From the NCBI GenBank assembly GCA_977030845.1, contig OZ365114.1:19840001-19904000 (forward strand): DNA of 64,000 nt, given 5' to 3'. The position numbers and the translations under genes are program-made. Positions 1 through 13,974 of this stretch are shown here, piece after piece. The number at the start of each line of letters is the position of its first letter. The first letter of the stretch is position 1. The notes beneath the pieces were generated by a model. It did no database searches. It was not told the DNA's origin and worked only from the letters and a program-made list of their open reading frames with translations. The DNA is from Fimbriosthenelais zetlandica (taxonomy: Eukaryota).

Positions 1-697
1 ACGTTGATATAATACTATGGTACAAAGATCCACTACACAGATACTGCCATGGAAGCTGCCAGTTAGCTTTATACACCTCTTCTTGTGTGATAATTTCTGC
101 TCTCATTAGTCCCATTTAGTTTCTCCTTAGTTCCTCCAAGATTAATTAAGTGACAGCTGCAGTAAATGCTGCTAAATATAATTTTTCTGAGGATTTAATA
201 TAAATAGAATATAGAGACTCTTTCCCAATAGAGAATTCCATTTTATCCTAAATTCTGTTAAAAAAAATCTAAAATAATCTGCAAATAACAAAAGAACATC
301 TTGTTAAGACAGAAACAAATGGTAATATTCTTTATTTTGACAAAGTACATTGTAAAATAATTGCAATAAACTTTTTAAAAGTAGCTAAAGTAATTTTCAG
401 AACCAGATTTTTAAGATGGCTTTATGGATACTTTGTCTAGTGTTTTTATTCACTCCTTACTCTCATTACTCTTTTCATAATTTTGATATTTCTAAAAATA
501 TTCTATGTTTTATTCTCATATTCCCTCTCCATCTCTTTTCATTTGATTCCTGATCTTGGATATTTTTGATGTGTATTCTGTGTTGATATAATTGAATCTA
601 ACTTATTTGGTTTTTATCAATTATTACACAAAATTCATGAACCCAACACTGATACTATTTTTCCTATACTCTTTGTCCGTCATCCTGCCCATCACAG

Positions 698-3600
698 CAT
701 GCCTAATGTGTAAATCTAGTTCAAGTTCTCACACAAGCTCCAGACTCCCTACTCCCATTTGTAAGTACAGTGATGGATCTTTAACGAAGTTTCGTGCACT
801 CTTATCCACTGTAGATTTCATGTAGTTGATGCATCCCTACAATTAAACAGATACTTAAAACCCTTTGGTGGAGGATATAGCATGATATAGTCGCCGGTTG
901 GCATACAAATTTAATCCAGACATTTCTGGTAGAAGGCACAATATTACTGTATATATGACATTAACTAGATAAGCAGGGAAATCACTCCTGTGATAAATTA
1001 TCTTGCCAAATGAAGGCCTAAGGTGTTATGACTTACAGAGAGGTTATTTTGATTGTATGGTCATCACAGTGTTGGTAAATGAACTATAATACAAGAGCTG
1101 ACTTTATGGTTTACTTTGTTTGCTTAAGAGGCTTTACAGCATTGTGTTTCATCTCAAGATGGCGTCTGTGTATCTGAGGAGTGACTTGTCATTTACTTCT
1201 AAATTAGAGTCTAATCCCGTGCTAGGCGAGTGTCCTTGTTGCAATGTCCTCTGCGACCGAGAGTTACTTTTACATTATGCAGAATTAAATTAATGGCTTT
1301 AATAACTTTAATGAAAGTAGTATAAAAAGTAGATGGGGGTTACAGAAAAGTTGATGTTTACACCCAAGGTATAAGAGAAGTCGGTTGTCTGATATTTTCA
1401 TAGATGGACTGGTCCTTCCCAATAGAGTATCAGTCCTTTATATGATTGTGGATCGTACATGATTCCAGGAACAATTCACACGTACTTTACTAGGCCTTGA
1501 GTACTTTATGCATTATGCACATGATTAACCAACGCTACAGATCTATACTAACATCTTGCACCGATACCTATATCTTAAATATCATACTATACAGAAACAG
1601 CTAACAGTCTTGAAAATCAATACATAATAGATCAGAAAACAACTTCAATAATGTCCAATAATGTTAGAACAGATATTTATAACACTGAATATACCCAGTA
1701 TCAAACAGAGCATATTAGCCATAGCAGTGGTCTTGACAATGTTAATATTGATGATAAAGATTGGTGCGTTTGTTGATTGTCCTTAATGCTCAGCAAGCGA
1801 GGGTCGATCTTCATCAGGTGACTCTCTCAACCTAGACATGAAAAGCTTGACTAGGACAGCGTCCCAGGAATGTAAGTGTTGCCTTCAGTCCACGCACCTT
1901 GACATGTCTTCCGCACCACCTGATCGTGTACATACATGCACATTGATACATTTCACACCTCCCATTCACTCACTCGGGAAACAATGTAATAATGATGGTT
2001 CACTAAAATGTGAATTATCAAATTGTAAAAATTCTGAAGCTACAATGCACAATCGTTTGTGGCCTCTCACTTTCCAGCGCCTTTCTTTATGGCATGTATT
2101 AAGGGGATAGTGCATCAAACCTATGATTTGTATAATATAGTGGTGCAGGGCCTTTTGTAGGTATTGTGCACTATGTCATATAAAGCAGTTATTCCTATTA
2201 TGTGTTAGTGCACTATCCTCTAACTAGTCTAAGGATAATTGCTACATGTCTTTTGGATTTCTGAGACAGCAAGTTCGCACCATCTGAATGCTTGTCTAAT
2301 TTCAGCGTCCCAAGAATCTGATAAGATTTCATTATATTTTGGGTTTATTGATATATATCTTACCAAAAGTTGAGCATCAAGTCTTACAATTCTGATCACC
2401 TTAGAAGTCTGTCGCCAAATGTGAGCCAATGGATGGTGCGAGCTAGCCACTGCCTCCAAATGGAAAGTATGTTGCTTAGATTGAACAAGTCATGAATTGT
2501 TTCAAATTATTGAAAAATTGTCTGTTAGGAAATCCTTTCACACAATGTTAATATTTTTGACTTGTGAAAATGTGTCCCACATTCTCTTGGCAGATAATTA
2601 CTCTCATGAACACTACGTCTTTAGATTATTTCAAATATCAGAGGGTCTTATATATTTGTTGGTGAAAAGAATGAGCAAAACGTTTTGTAAATTTGGTAAT
2701 GGTTCACACATAGCCTTTTATTCCTGCACTTGTCTGTACTCATACAGTTAGAAATGAGCTTTTGTGAGATTGGTCTGCAGCACATATTGCAATACAGAGC
2801 TTTGTCCAACATGATGATCACCCCATTGATTTTCAGGGATTGTTTCATAATTGTTTGGCGTTAGCCAACGATAAACTGGATTAATGCGACTACACAAGTT
2901 TCATGTACTAAACCCCAGAAGAGTGGCAGCTTAGGCCCCATGTCCACTAAGCCATTTTACTTAGCCTGTCAGTCCATATGATCCAATCGTTATTTATATT
3001 GATGGCTCAATGGATACACTCCTATGATTCAGGTTTGATGCCAGTAATAATGAAGGTGACACTGATACACTGAGTTAAATGTCTCTTTTTCAGTTTATAT
3101 GCTCTGCCCCCTTACTCCGAGCATGAATATATTAGCTCGAACCACTTCTTATCACTGTGAGTCTTTGCCATAAAGCATTATTATACTAATGTCTCACCCT
3201 GAGAAGAAAGGGACCACCAAGTTTAGATTTAATTTTAATGTTCAGTGCACCAGCTGCTCTGTCCTGGCTTCTGTGTCTGCACTCATACAGGAACTGTATT
3301 TGTTATAAGGTACTTGTCTCTTATAATCCTTGCCCTTGAGAATATTGAATGGACCTAAGAATATAGACAATATAACGACAAATCCAAATCCAAGACGTTG
3401 TCCTTACGATTCAATCACAAAAGAATTCAATAATAATCTCCGTTTTCAGTGGGCATAGATTGTCAGAGGCAAATGCATTCATTGGTATCTGCACCAGACT
3501 AACATTTGATATGTTACAAGTTTTGCCGTATCAGTCTGTTTAACATTAACAATTACTGGTTGTTTAGATTATTGTTCGGGAGAAGACCGGAATGGTCTGA

Positions 3601-6600
3601 CAAGCTTCTATTGGAGAATACACTACTTGCAAAAGATATCAAATACACATATTATTTATGTTAATATAAAAGGTCCTAGATTTGGTCCTAGGTATAAAGT
3701 TTTATAGATTCCCCTGGCACCAGCTTATTCCTTAACCCCTTTTATGGGATTTTTCCTGTTATTTTCAGCGGTTTTTTCATTATAACGTTGATCCATTGAC
3801 ATCAATGGTATCATTAGAATATTTACAGTCTCTATAATGTATCAATGGAAATGCTCTACGTTTGGATAACCCCCATCCTACCAGCACTGCATATCAATTC
3901 CCTAAGCTAGCACTACCGGATCAGCCATGTCTTATGTTAGATAGCAACATTCATCTCGCCTCATTTCTATTTATACTAAAAATATAATTCTACTTTAATT
4001 TGTTAAATGGGTTTTCAACATTTTTATGATAGAGAAACACTTGTGAAATTTGATGATGTTTTAGATCATATTTTAATGAGAACTTTATCTACATCTTTTG
4101 TTCACAATCTTTTATATTTGATATAATTTGTACAAACTACAATACTTTGGGAATAGCATTACACTTTCTATTCATATGTTTTATTATAATAGTTAGGAAA
4201 AAAAACATGTAATACTTCTGATTAAAAAGGAATATTTTGAAAAATAATTATTACAGAGATTCGAAAGGAATGAATTTATGGCTGATTGATGATGCCTTTT
4301 TTCTTTGTTATTTGTGGTTCAAGCAGCGCTGGTGTCACAGTCCAGTACTCAGTCACTGACCAAGACTGGCCTGGGTGTGGACTCCAGCAGCCCTGTTCTG
4401 CGACGGAAAGCATCCGGACGAATCACTGCACAAGAGGGATCACGCATCCTCGAGAAGTTCCTCCGTAAATCCAGCATTCAGGAGGATGACCCCGAGGACT
4501 GTAAGTACAATCCACACTTCATTTTCAAAAGTCACAATTTTAGACTTTATTCATTTTGCTTTAAATCTTATCGGGCTTTACTTTAATATTAAATGCTACC
4601 AATATTATTTTTCAGCCCCAGGTAGAGACTCTCCACATCTCCAAGGTGAGTGTACTCTTCCATTCTCAGTCTTGACTTGAGCTCTCCTCCAGTACAAAGT
4701 GCCCTCCATGAAGAGTGACAGGCAGCTAGACTTTAGTTCCTAGTATTTGAATGTTCTAGTGCTGTCTGTGCACGAATCACAGCACCAATCTCTCATGTGC
4801 AGCAGAATTTTCTCATCCATAATTATTATACGTCAAAAGTTTCAATTTTGTATTCCATTTTCGACCGATTATAAAGTTCATTTCAATGTATATTTTGGAC
4901 ATTAATATTCGGAAAAGTGAATGAATTATCTCAGACAACACCATTTGTGTTGGGTTCTATGAGAGTAAATGCTGGGTTCACAAAATAATGCTTGTCTGTA
5001 TTTGTCTCTGATGCAGCACTGTTAGAACTTGGTTTGTCTCCTGAAATGGAAGTCTGTTGAAATATGAGGTGGAGAATCTTTGAAACAGTCCAAGGGGACC
5101 CTCAGTCTTCTGACATATGCTTTTAATTTGTGTTCCTTTTGCGTTCAGAATTTTGAAAAATTCGTCCCTGACTGATCTTTTCGCTGAACATGCCTTTCAG
5201 CTCAATTTTGGAAATACATGTAGAGTAAAGTATATACATTTTTGGGTAGTAAATAATTTTACGAGCAGCTGTTGCTGATAAATACATTACCTTGGATTGT
5301 AGACAAGGACAGTGTTCATGTACCATTTCCATGTTGATTTCAGCACCAATGATAATAGAGAGTAAGTCAGATGTTACAATGAGCAAGCTCATCCTATTTT
5401 CTCTCATTTACATGATTATTTCATCAGTAGATAATAAGCCCTTACTCTTGTCTCTTAGAAATGATGGTCGCCATGGTTTTAACATGTTTTCATATTATAT
5501 TTTACTGTCACACTGTCTTCTTTAAATCATGGAGTCAATGTGTCATCTTAAATCATTCAGCTGGCTTATATATCCATTTTATGATTTTTTTTTGCATAAT
5601 TTTAGTTTTTTAACAGTTTTATATTATTTTCATGTATTCAATGCAATGTTGCCAGGGGAAACACTTGTATATTGGGCATATAATTTCTCTTTCTGTGGTA
5701 TCAAAAAAGGAAGTGTACCTATGCCATTCATGTGTGTGCACCATTGCCTCCCTCAAACACAAATCCGTCATGAAAGATCAAACGCACCCATCTTCATCAA
5801 TGAAAAGAATACGAAAAATCCATCACCAATTTAGATCTATTTTTATATCCTAAATATATTATGATAATCTGTGAGGACTTTGTGAATGAGGAAAGTGATG
5901 GAAGCTTTGTCTGTTCGTGTACATATTAATGTATGATAACCAGTTGCCTTCTTGGCAAAGGTCCTTTATGGGTTCGTGTTTGCAGTCCTTCTGTCCGTAG
6001 TGCCATTGTGTGTTCTGTTTTGTAGCCTCTTTCATTAGAAGCTCTTCACCTAGAAAGTTACAAAGGCAAGCAAGTATCTTTCAACGTCCACACATAACCA
6101 AACAAGTGACAATAGTTGGGACTCCCCCGGAGGAGTCCTTGTTTGAGAGCGAGATGGAGTCGGATGGAGCCAATGACTCGTGTGGAGTCGACACAGATGA
6201 AGAAGGTATGCTGTACATAGCTTAGCCCCGTCCCCACCTTCCCCTGCCCTATGGCTTACTGGGCCTTCTATGAAATGGACTTTTATTACTTATTTACCAC
6301 TTTGAGGCATGTCTAAAGAGGATTGCTGGCAGGATTGACACCCCGTTGCTAAGACAAAGAGACTTTTTTCAAATACCTCATTAGCTTTGAACAGCTTGTC
6401 ATGCATTTTATAGGAAGGCTAGATTGGGATTGCATTTTCTCTCTGCATCCTTTTGATCATCCCTTTTCAAATATTCAGCAAAGGCATGTATAGAGGGATA
6501 TTTATTGCTCCTAATTGTAATACTTAATAAGTAATACTTAATAAGTATTTCCAGTTTGAACTTTATTTTAGTTTTTTAAACCCAATTCCAGCATGGGTTT

Positions 6601-9600
6601 CTTCATCAATACAGGTTTTGGATTAATTAATTTTTCTTCATTTTTCCAGTAAGGGTTTCATCGCAAACTAAAATATCCAAACCACCATGCCACAATAACA
6701 CCTATACTTTGCATTGTAAACATCCACTAATATTTATAACCAGTTTCATCCCGGCCCACCCCTCGAGGTTATCACTGAACACTGATCCCTGATGCCACTC
6801 ACAGTTTGACTGCCTTGCTTGATAACCAGTTCATAAGTAATTCTTCAACTGTTCTTTTCCCATAAAAAGCTATGTTGATATCATAATTTAGGTATATTAT
6901 TCTAATAATATGTTGAATTATGTTTCAGTCTCAAAAGAGACCTTATATACCACATTCAGTTCTTGATAAATTTCATCGGTCAGGCCTCTTTCGTTTCGGT
7001 ATTCCAAAATTATGTTCCATTCCAAGGCTTGACAAATTAGTTGTAACATCATCTTTGGTTTACAATTTTCCAATGTTCCTCTTCTCTCTATAATCCTGTT
7101 TTCCCTCTCATTGTTTCTGTTTACATTGTGTACTATTTCTTCTAGTTGTGGATAAAAGCCAAGTTAGTCAAGCCTCTTGCCCTCCTGTCCGCCCATGTGT
7201 CCATGAACTGTATAGGCGTAATTCCGCCTCCGCCTCTGCCTCCTCCTCTAGCTTACGTCGTGAGGTCCTCCTTCAAGCCCTTAGGTGTAGACACCAAAGG
7301 CAGCCCCTAGTCTCTAATAGGGGCACCTCTATCACCTCTCAATCACACTCAGCTGCTAGCTATGCCTCCGTGACCAAGTGCAATGGTGGTAAGTGGCACC
7401 TGGATGGAAGGTTCTCCACCAAAATTATTAAACGCTCTTAAACACACAATAAAAAGCAAGAATGCAAGAACATACGTCAGCTTGAACATGAATGGTTACT
7501 GCAATGAACATAACCAGAATTTTTTCACTTGGATTGAAAAACTTATGGGTTATTTGCCTACACTTCTCAAGGTAAAGAACAAATAGTGCTTTTGTATTTT
7601 GTATCAATGTTTGTTCTTTAGATTTTTAGTACCTTTTGATCACGTTCTCATGAAAATTTTGTTTTATGTCCGATATTGGAATATTTTTTCATTTCTTATA
7701 TTTTGTGCAAGTACATTACTGCCAACTTTGGGCAGTTGTTTTTGTCACAATTATAAATTTATATAAATAGTGAATGTTCTGTCTGGTGTAAATGTAATGC
7801 AAGTTATCATCAACATGCGATCTACTATCGGTTTTATCACGCTAGATATACATCCATATCTAGACTTTTATAATAAGTCATTTGTGAATTATTATTTCTG
7901 TTGTCTACTTAACATTATGTAGAACTACCTTTTGCAAAGCTCTCTATTACACTGCTCAAACTCTTTGACAGAAAGGTCAAAGACTTTTGGGGATAAATTA
8001 TACGATGATAATGCAGCCAGGAAAAGTAATTGAGCAATAAGTGAATCTTACAATACTGGCATCTTGCTTTACCAACCATCCACTGGCAAGATCAGAAGCT
8101 TTAACTTATTCTGTAACTCCTGGTCTTCTTTCACTTCTACTTTTGATGTTCATCAGTCTTTCAAAGCTCACGTCCCACTTTGTGATTCAATATTGTAAAA
8201 CTTGAACCCTCCCTCCTCTTAAGAACACCAGTATCATCTATGTACCCATCGAGTGTTTCAGTACATGGACTGGGTTAGTGTCTATTGCTATTGTTAATAT
8301 GGGATTGATATTGAACAGGACCGAGTACTCCGACACAGCCTGGAGAGGATGGATCACCTTCTGGGGAGAGGCCAGGACCATCGCTGGAGATGGCTGGCAC
8401 AGACTTTGATCCTCGTATGCATCGACTCCAAAGACAAGATGCCAAGAGCCGTAAGACATTCAAAATCAAACGACACCGGAGCACCATCAAAGGCAACATC
8501 ATCAGAAGTGCTACAGTCAAGGGCACTAATATTAGGGTATGTGTATTTCTCATGTCATCCAATATACAGATATTATATAGTTACATTTTAGAGTTAAATA
8601 TAATATCTGACTATCCTTATGCCTGTAAATAGTGACAATATCTTGTTGTATACTGTATAGCATTGGTTATGAATATATTGTAGGCCACTGCCACTAGGAC
8701 ATCAAGCTCAGAGCCACCTCTGGGATCTCTAGAGAGACTAGAGACCCAGCAGGAGGAGCCTGCTGAGGGAGACACTGATGGAGGTAGTGCAGCTACAGCT
8801 GTAGATACAGCCAGCAGGAAGCCTGTCAAACGCGACCCCGAGGTTATGATCAAGGTGAGATATTATCACTCACATTCTACCAGTCAGTTCTCTATGGGAT
8901 CTAGCTTGGAATCTCATCGAGCTTTTCCATATAGGATAGCCATAGTTTGGATACAGTTTGTATATTGTTGATGAACCAGATCCCGTAGAGAATACAATTA
9001 TTAAGAACTTCCCTTTACTGTTATGACGTTCCCCCCAAAAAGGTTAGAATGTATCTAAAGTCAAGTGATCCCTTGATCCTTCTAGATTAAATATAGGTGT
9101 AACCTCAGATAATTAGGTGTATGAAGCTAGTCTTCTACCTTTTTTACCATTTTGTATATATGTACTAGATCGTTATTATTAAGAAATTTTTCTTAATTTT
9201 TTATTTCATATACAAACATGAATTACACATCATATTCAAGCACTCTTTAAACCAAAAGCATAATTTGCAAACAATTTTGTTGTTTTGCCATTGTACTAGT
9301 TTTGGTTTTAAAACACATTTTGCCCTTTGAGATGAAATACACCTACTTTTTGAGCAGCCCAATAACTTTCTTTGCTCCTGCTCATGATGCGATGCATTTT
9401 CCAAGTAAAATTTGATTGAGTAAACAAATAAATGCCATGTTCCTTAGCCGGTAAGACGATGGAGTCAGCCTCACCATGCAGCTGTTGTAAGTTATGCTGG
9501 AGATGCCGTCTTGCTCTCAGTCTTGTGTTTACACACTGCTCACCTCGGCCTCACACAGTCTCTCTCAATATGGATCGAAATATTGGATCCAAACTTAATA

Positions 9601-11866
9601 TTCAGCTCTAGAGATATCAGGCGTGATCCACCAAGACTTTTACTTATGCCTTTTACTGGCTTTATTCAAGATGACCTCTCCCTATAATACCAATCTTTAG
9701 AACTAAATGACTGTTGTAGAATCAGGTCATATGTTTATTTTTCGATTTATCGAGTTACTGGACATATCTAAAAGACACACCTGGTGGATCACCCCCTTTA
9801 GTTGCATGGCTGGGATACTTGCCAAATGGTCCAGTTTGCTAAAACCTACGATATTTTATTCCTCATCGTGGATATTTTCATACAGTACAAGACATTTAGA
9901 TGTATGTCCAGTAATTTCAAATATTATGCAACCTTAATTGGAAGCATATGTGTCTATTCTATCCTTCTTTGACACTCTGGATCCCTTGCCATGGAAACTA
10001 AACTATCTAAACTAGACTCAATTTCTTTATCACAATGTTTATACATACATGTACAGATACAGTTAATATACCAATACCACTTGCTCTAAAGTGTCTAATT
10101 GGGATAGCAAATTTCAAAGCTTGATAGGCATATACAACACATAACAGCTGCTTTAGAAAAGAACAATGGTTGAGTGTCACCTGTATGGCAAATGCCATTA
10201 TGTTCTCAGCAAGAATGATTATCATTGCACTAATATCCCACTACTACTTAAAGTGAAGGTAATTCACATCAATTCCCTGATGGAAACTTCCATAAAGTCA
10301 AACCTGTAGGGAAAATTGAAGAGTGGAATAAATCAACTTAACCAATTTACACTAGATATAGAATATAGAATGGTCTATATTGAGATATTGTCCTGGTACT
10401 AACATTATGCTGTGCTAGATGATATAACATGGTGCCTTTTGTCAAACGTTTCAGTAGCCTGGGGAGCCAGGTAGCGTTTGTCGGATTTGAAAGTGTCCTT
10501 TTATGGCGATTAACTACAAAAGACCACCAAACAATGCTTACCCATCACAGTCGTACTTCTAAAAGAAAGAATATTACGGTGAAACATATAAAAAAGACAA
10601 GTCAGACAGTATCACCGGTCCTCATTCTGTCCCCATTCGATGAATTAAAAATGAGCACTCGATGGGCCAGCATTGTTTCTTTAATTCTTTCTCTTTGCTG
10701 TTTTTAGGCCTCAGACGCACCACATATATAATTAAAATAATTTGCAAATGCCAATCACACGCAGCTCAAGCTTCATATGCTCATATGTTTATCATCTACA
10801 ATCCGTGCTCTTTCATTTTATATTCCGTATATTTTATAGTATCTGTAGAGCTAGTTCTGCACATTTCAATTTCTATTCACTTTAGATAAAATATATGATT
10901 TCTACACGCACCGTTTTTGTATTTTTCAAGTTACATTGACATCCAAAATATCTATGTATATTGAGCATCATTTCTTCTACGTAATTGAATTCTGTATTTT
11001 AAAATGGTGTGGCCAATTTGTGTACCTATTTTATTTTCGTATTAATATCCCTCTCATGAAATAAGGAAGATATATCTCCACTTTTGCCTTTGATTAAGCA
11101 TGAAGTTCTCCTGTTACATTTCATATGGTTTAATACCTGCTTATAATAAATTAAGTATGTCTATATAACGTATGTTATTCACTGGCATAACTCCTACACT
11201 AAACAATGACGCTAACCGTCCTTATTTTAGCCTCATATTTCGCATGATTTCAGAATCATTGACATTGGCTAATTATATTGATTGCTGGAGCATCTCTCTT
11301 CACTTGCATAACAAATATTCAGTTCTGTTTAAAGTTCCTTGCAATTGTTCCACTTCTGTTATGCGCTAACCCAATCCTTAGCAAGTTTATTGCGCTGAGG
11401 ATTTTCAATATGCCTGGAGAAATGTTCACGTAATCTCCCATTCTTTCTAACAATGTGATCATGTTAGTTCATCCTTTCTTGTGTTAAACAGCAACCAGTG
11501 ATATCCAGCCGAACCCGTTATCTTCCCCGCTCTAAATCGCATGATGAAGGAGGTAGTGGGTCGCCGGCCGCTGCGGGCACGGCTCGGGGTCGTATCGCAC
11601 GTCAGGGTGCCAGACTCATGAGATCACGCTCACCTTCCTCCAGTCCATCACGAATCCATCGAATTTCACAAAACTCACTGGACAGATGCCCTGTCCAAAC
11701 CCAGGCCTATGTGACCAAATGTGACTCAGTTGAATCACTGGGTACCGAAGAGAACGCTGCTCTCCTCAAACCAGAGGACAAGAGCAAATCTGAGAGCAGT
11801 CTACTGATCTATTTTGATGACAAAGAGGACGAAGAAGAAGAAGACGAAAAAGACACGTGTGTTTAG
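698..11866 (+). CDS. UNC80: 3' part of a large multi-exon gene, probably UNC80 (NALCN channel complex subunit); the 5' part lies upstream of the window
   Basis: Phase-consistent GT-AG exons: 698-760, 1836-1871, 3094-3156 (possibly alternative), 4324-4500, 4616-4645, 6026-6205, 7146-7388, 8319-8536, 8684-8854, 9448-9486 (possibly alternative), 11492-11866 (stop TAG). The product is S/R/P-rich and disordered. From memory, the islands HRLQRQDAKSRKTFKIKR, RQGARL and ESSLL and the PDZ-type end DTCV resemble the UNC80 tail (human ...RQGARL...ETSSLL...DESHV). Exon structure is well supported; identity is less certain. Confidence 0.62.
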
Positions 11867-13974
11867 ATTCCCATTAGTTAGTTCTGACAGGCTGATAGCT
11901 GGGAGATCTGGCATGATCAGCTTCCCCAGTATTCCCTGTTAATCCTAGGTTAATGTTTCTGGTAGATGCTCTCTTCTAGGAACCCCTGTGATACATGGAT
12001 GGATTTAATGTATTTATGTCAGCTTTAGTCAGCCTTATGCCACTTGCTACATTGTGGTTTAGATTAGTCCTCTATGGATGTTTCTATCAGGATGAAGGAA
12101 GATCTCCTGGTGAAGTCTCTCCTTATATAGAAAGATTCATTCTCCTAGTTAAAATGATGTTGCAACTATAATATCCCTGTCAGAAAGTATATTAATATTG
12201 ACTATAAATCTAGGCATAGTTATCATGATATTATTGATATCGTTTGCTTCTGTGTGGAAGTAAGAACTATCTAGTTATTTAGTAATCTCATTTATGTACC
12301 CGATGATCCTATAGTAATTTTATGGAAGGAAGTATTCAACATTGATGGCCTTGGCAGAATCTTTTTGAAGATGGGTTTATTAGTGTATTGTGCAGTTCAT
12401 GAAGATGTGATCATAAAAATGCACGTATTTTTAAGATGGTTGAGAAAGAACATATAACGTAACATGTTTACATAAATCAGGAAGGACATTATTGCTAAGA
12501 GAGACTGCAGATGATGTAATGTTAGCAGCTGATGTAAAGTTCCTGCCAGCAGCACCCTCAGAACTGTATAATTTGAATTTTATGGAAGGTTACTATTGAG
12601 ATCTATTTACCCATTCACTTTAATGAGACGGAATTCAAACTGAAATATATAGCCAGAGTGGCGAGGTTTGCAAGACCATGTGGAAGATTCTAACAGTGTG
12701 CTCTTTTATTTATATTCCCGTTAAGCCAAAATATATCCACTTGGAAATGTATTACCCGGTAGATTGTGCTTATAAGTATTGTATATGACATCCAATTTGT
12801 TGTTTGGTCTGGAAATTTAAGTTAAAAGACTAAATTTCATTCAGGAAAAGATGATGGCAAGAATGTTGAGGGGTTCCAGTTAAATGATTGCCATTTGTTT
12901 TAAACTGGCATTGTTCCAAAATATTTAATGTTACGAAATGAATTATCAGACAGGCATTGTCCTTTTTCATAACAGCAATTCGGATGTTCATTGAGCATTT
13001 TAAGAAAGTATATATTCAGTAAAACACGGTTGTGTTATTAATATTTTATTTTTTTGCGTATATCATAGAATTCTCCCATATTATTCAGATTTATTACGAG
13101 AAAGCTGATTTATTATCCAAGAGAATGGGCAATTACCTAGTCATGGGACATGTGCAATAAAATGGCCATTCTTATTGTAATTGGCAGTGGAGAAATTATA
13201 CTTAATGGTGCAGAAAGCAATGGAATAATCAATATATATTGGTAAAAATGTATCAAAGCTTACTAAACAATCATTCGTCAAATATTTTGTGTACATGAAA
13301 AATTATATAAACCACAAATTGTATTATTTGCATCTATGATGTCACAATAAGAGGTAATATAGAAACATCCTGCGGATTAATTTGATATTGAAGAATGCAA
13401 GTGAATAGTTACGGTTTGAAGGTAAGGTGCAGTACACTGCATAATCAAGACCTGATTGTACAAACAAAATTCAATATTTTACAGAGTTTGAAAGTCGGAG
13501 TAGTAAATCATATACCATAATGAAATAGCCTTGCTAGATCTGTGATGTTTATAAAGAGTCCATGTCCATTTCAATTGAAATATTGAGACTTCCCCCAAGT
13601 ACTATTAACAGAATGTTGTATGCCATTCAATGTTAATGACAGAATCTCTACGGTTTCGTACAAGTTGCTTTGTTATTGTTGTGCAGAAAAAATAAATGAA
13701 TAACCATGACCCTATCCTTGTATCATGCATCAACTAATCATGAGTAGGGAAAATCAGTCCTGGTTATAATAATTATATTGCACTTCATCCAGATTTCAAT
13801 GCATCGTATTGAAAGCAATGGAGTAATCACCATTTGCATTTTCACCATTATCTCATAATCTCATATGAGGTTCAGTTATTTATGTCTCACACTTCAAAAG
13901 GCATGTACATATGCCAGTGTATGTCAATGATATGCCTTTAAATGGATTGGGAATGTTAAAAACTTTGAATGTTA

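Noticed and set aside
10249-12625. Kolobok-like TTAAAGTGAA inverted ends
   Set aside because: The match is only about 10 bp and would enclose the terminal UNC80 exon; likely chance.
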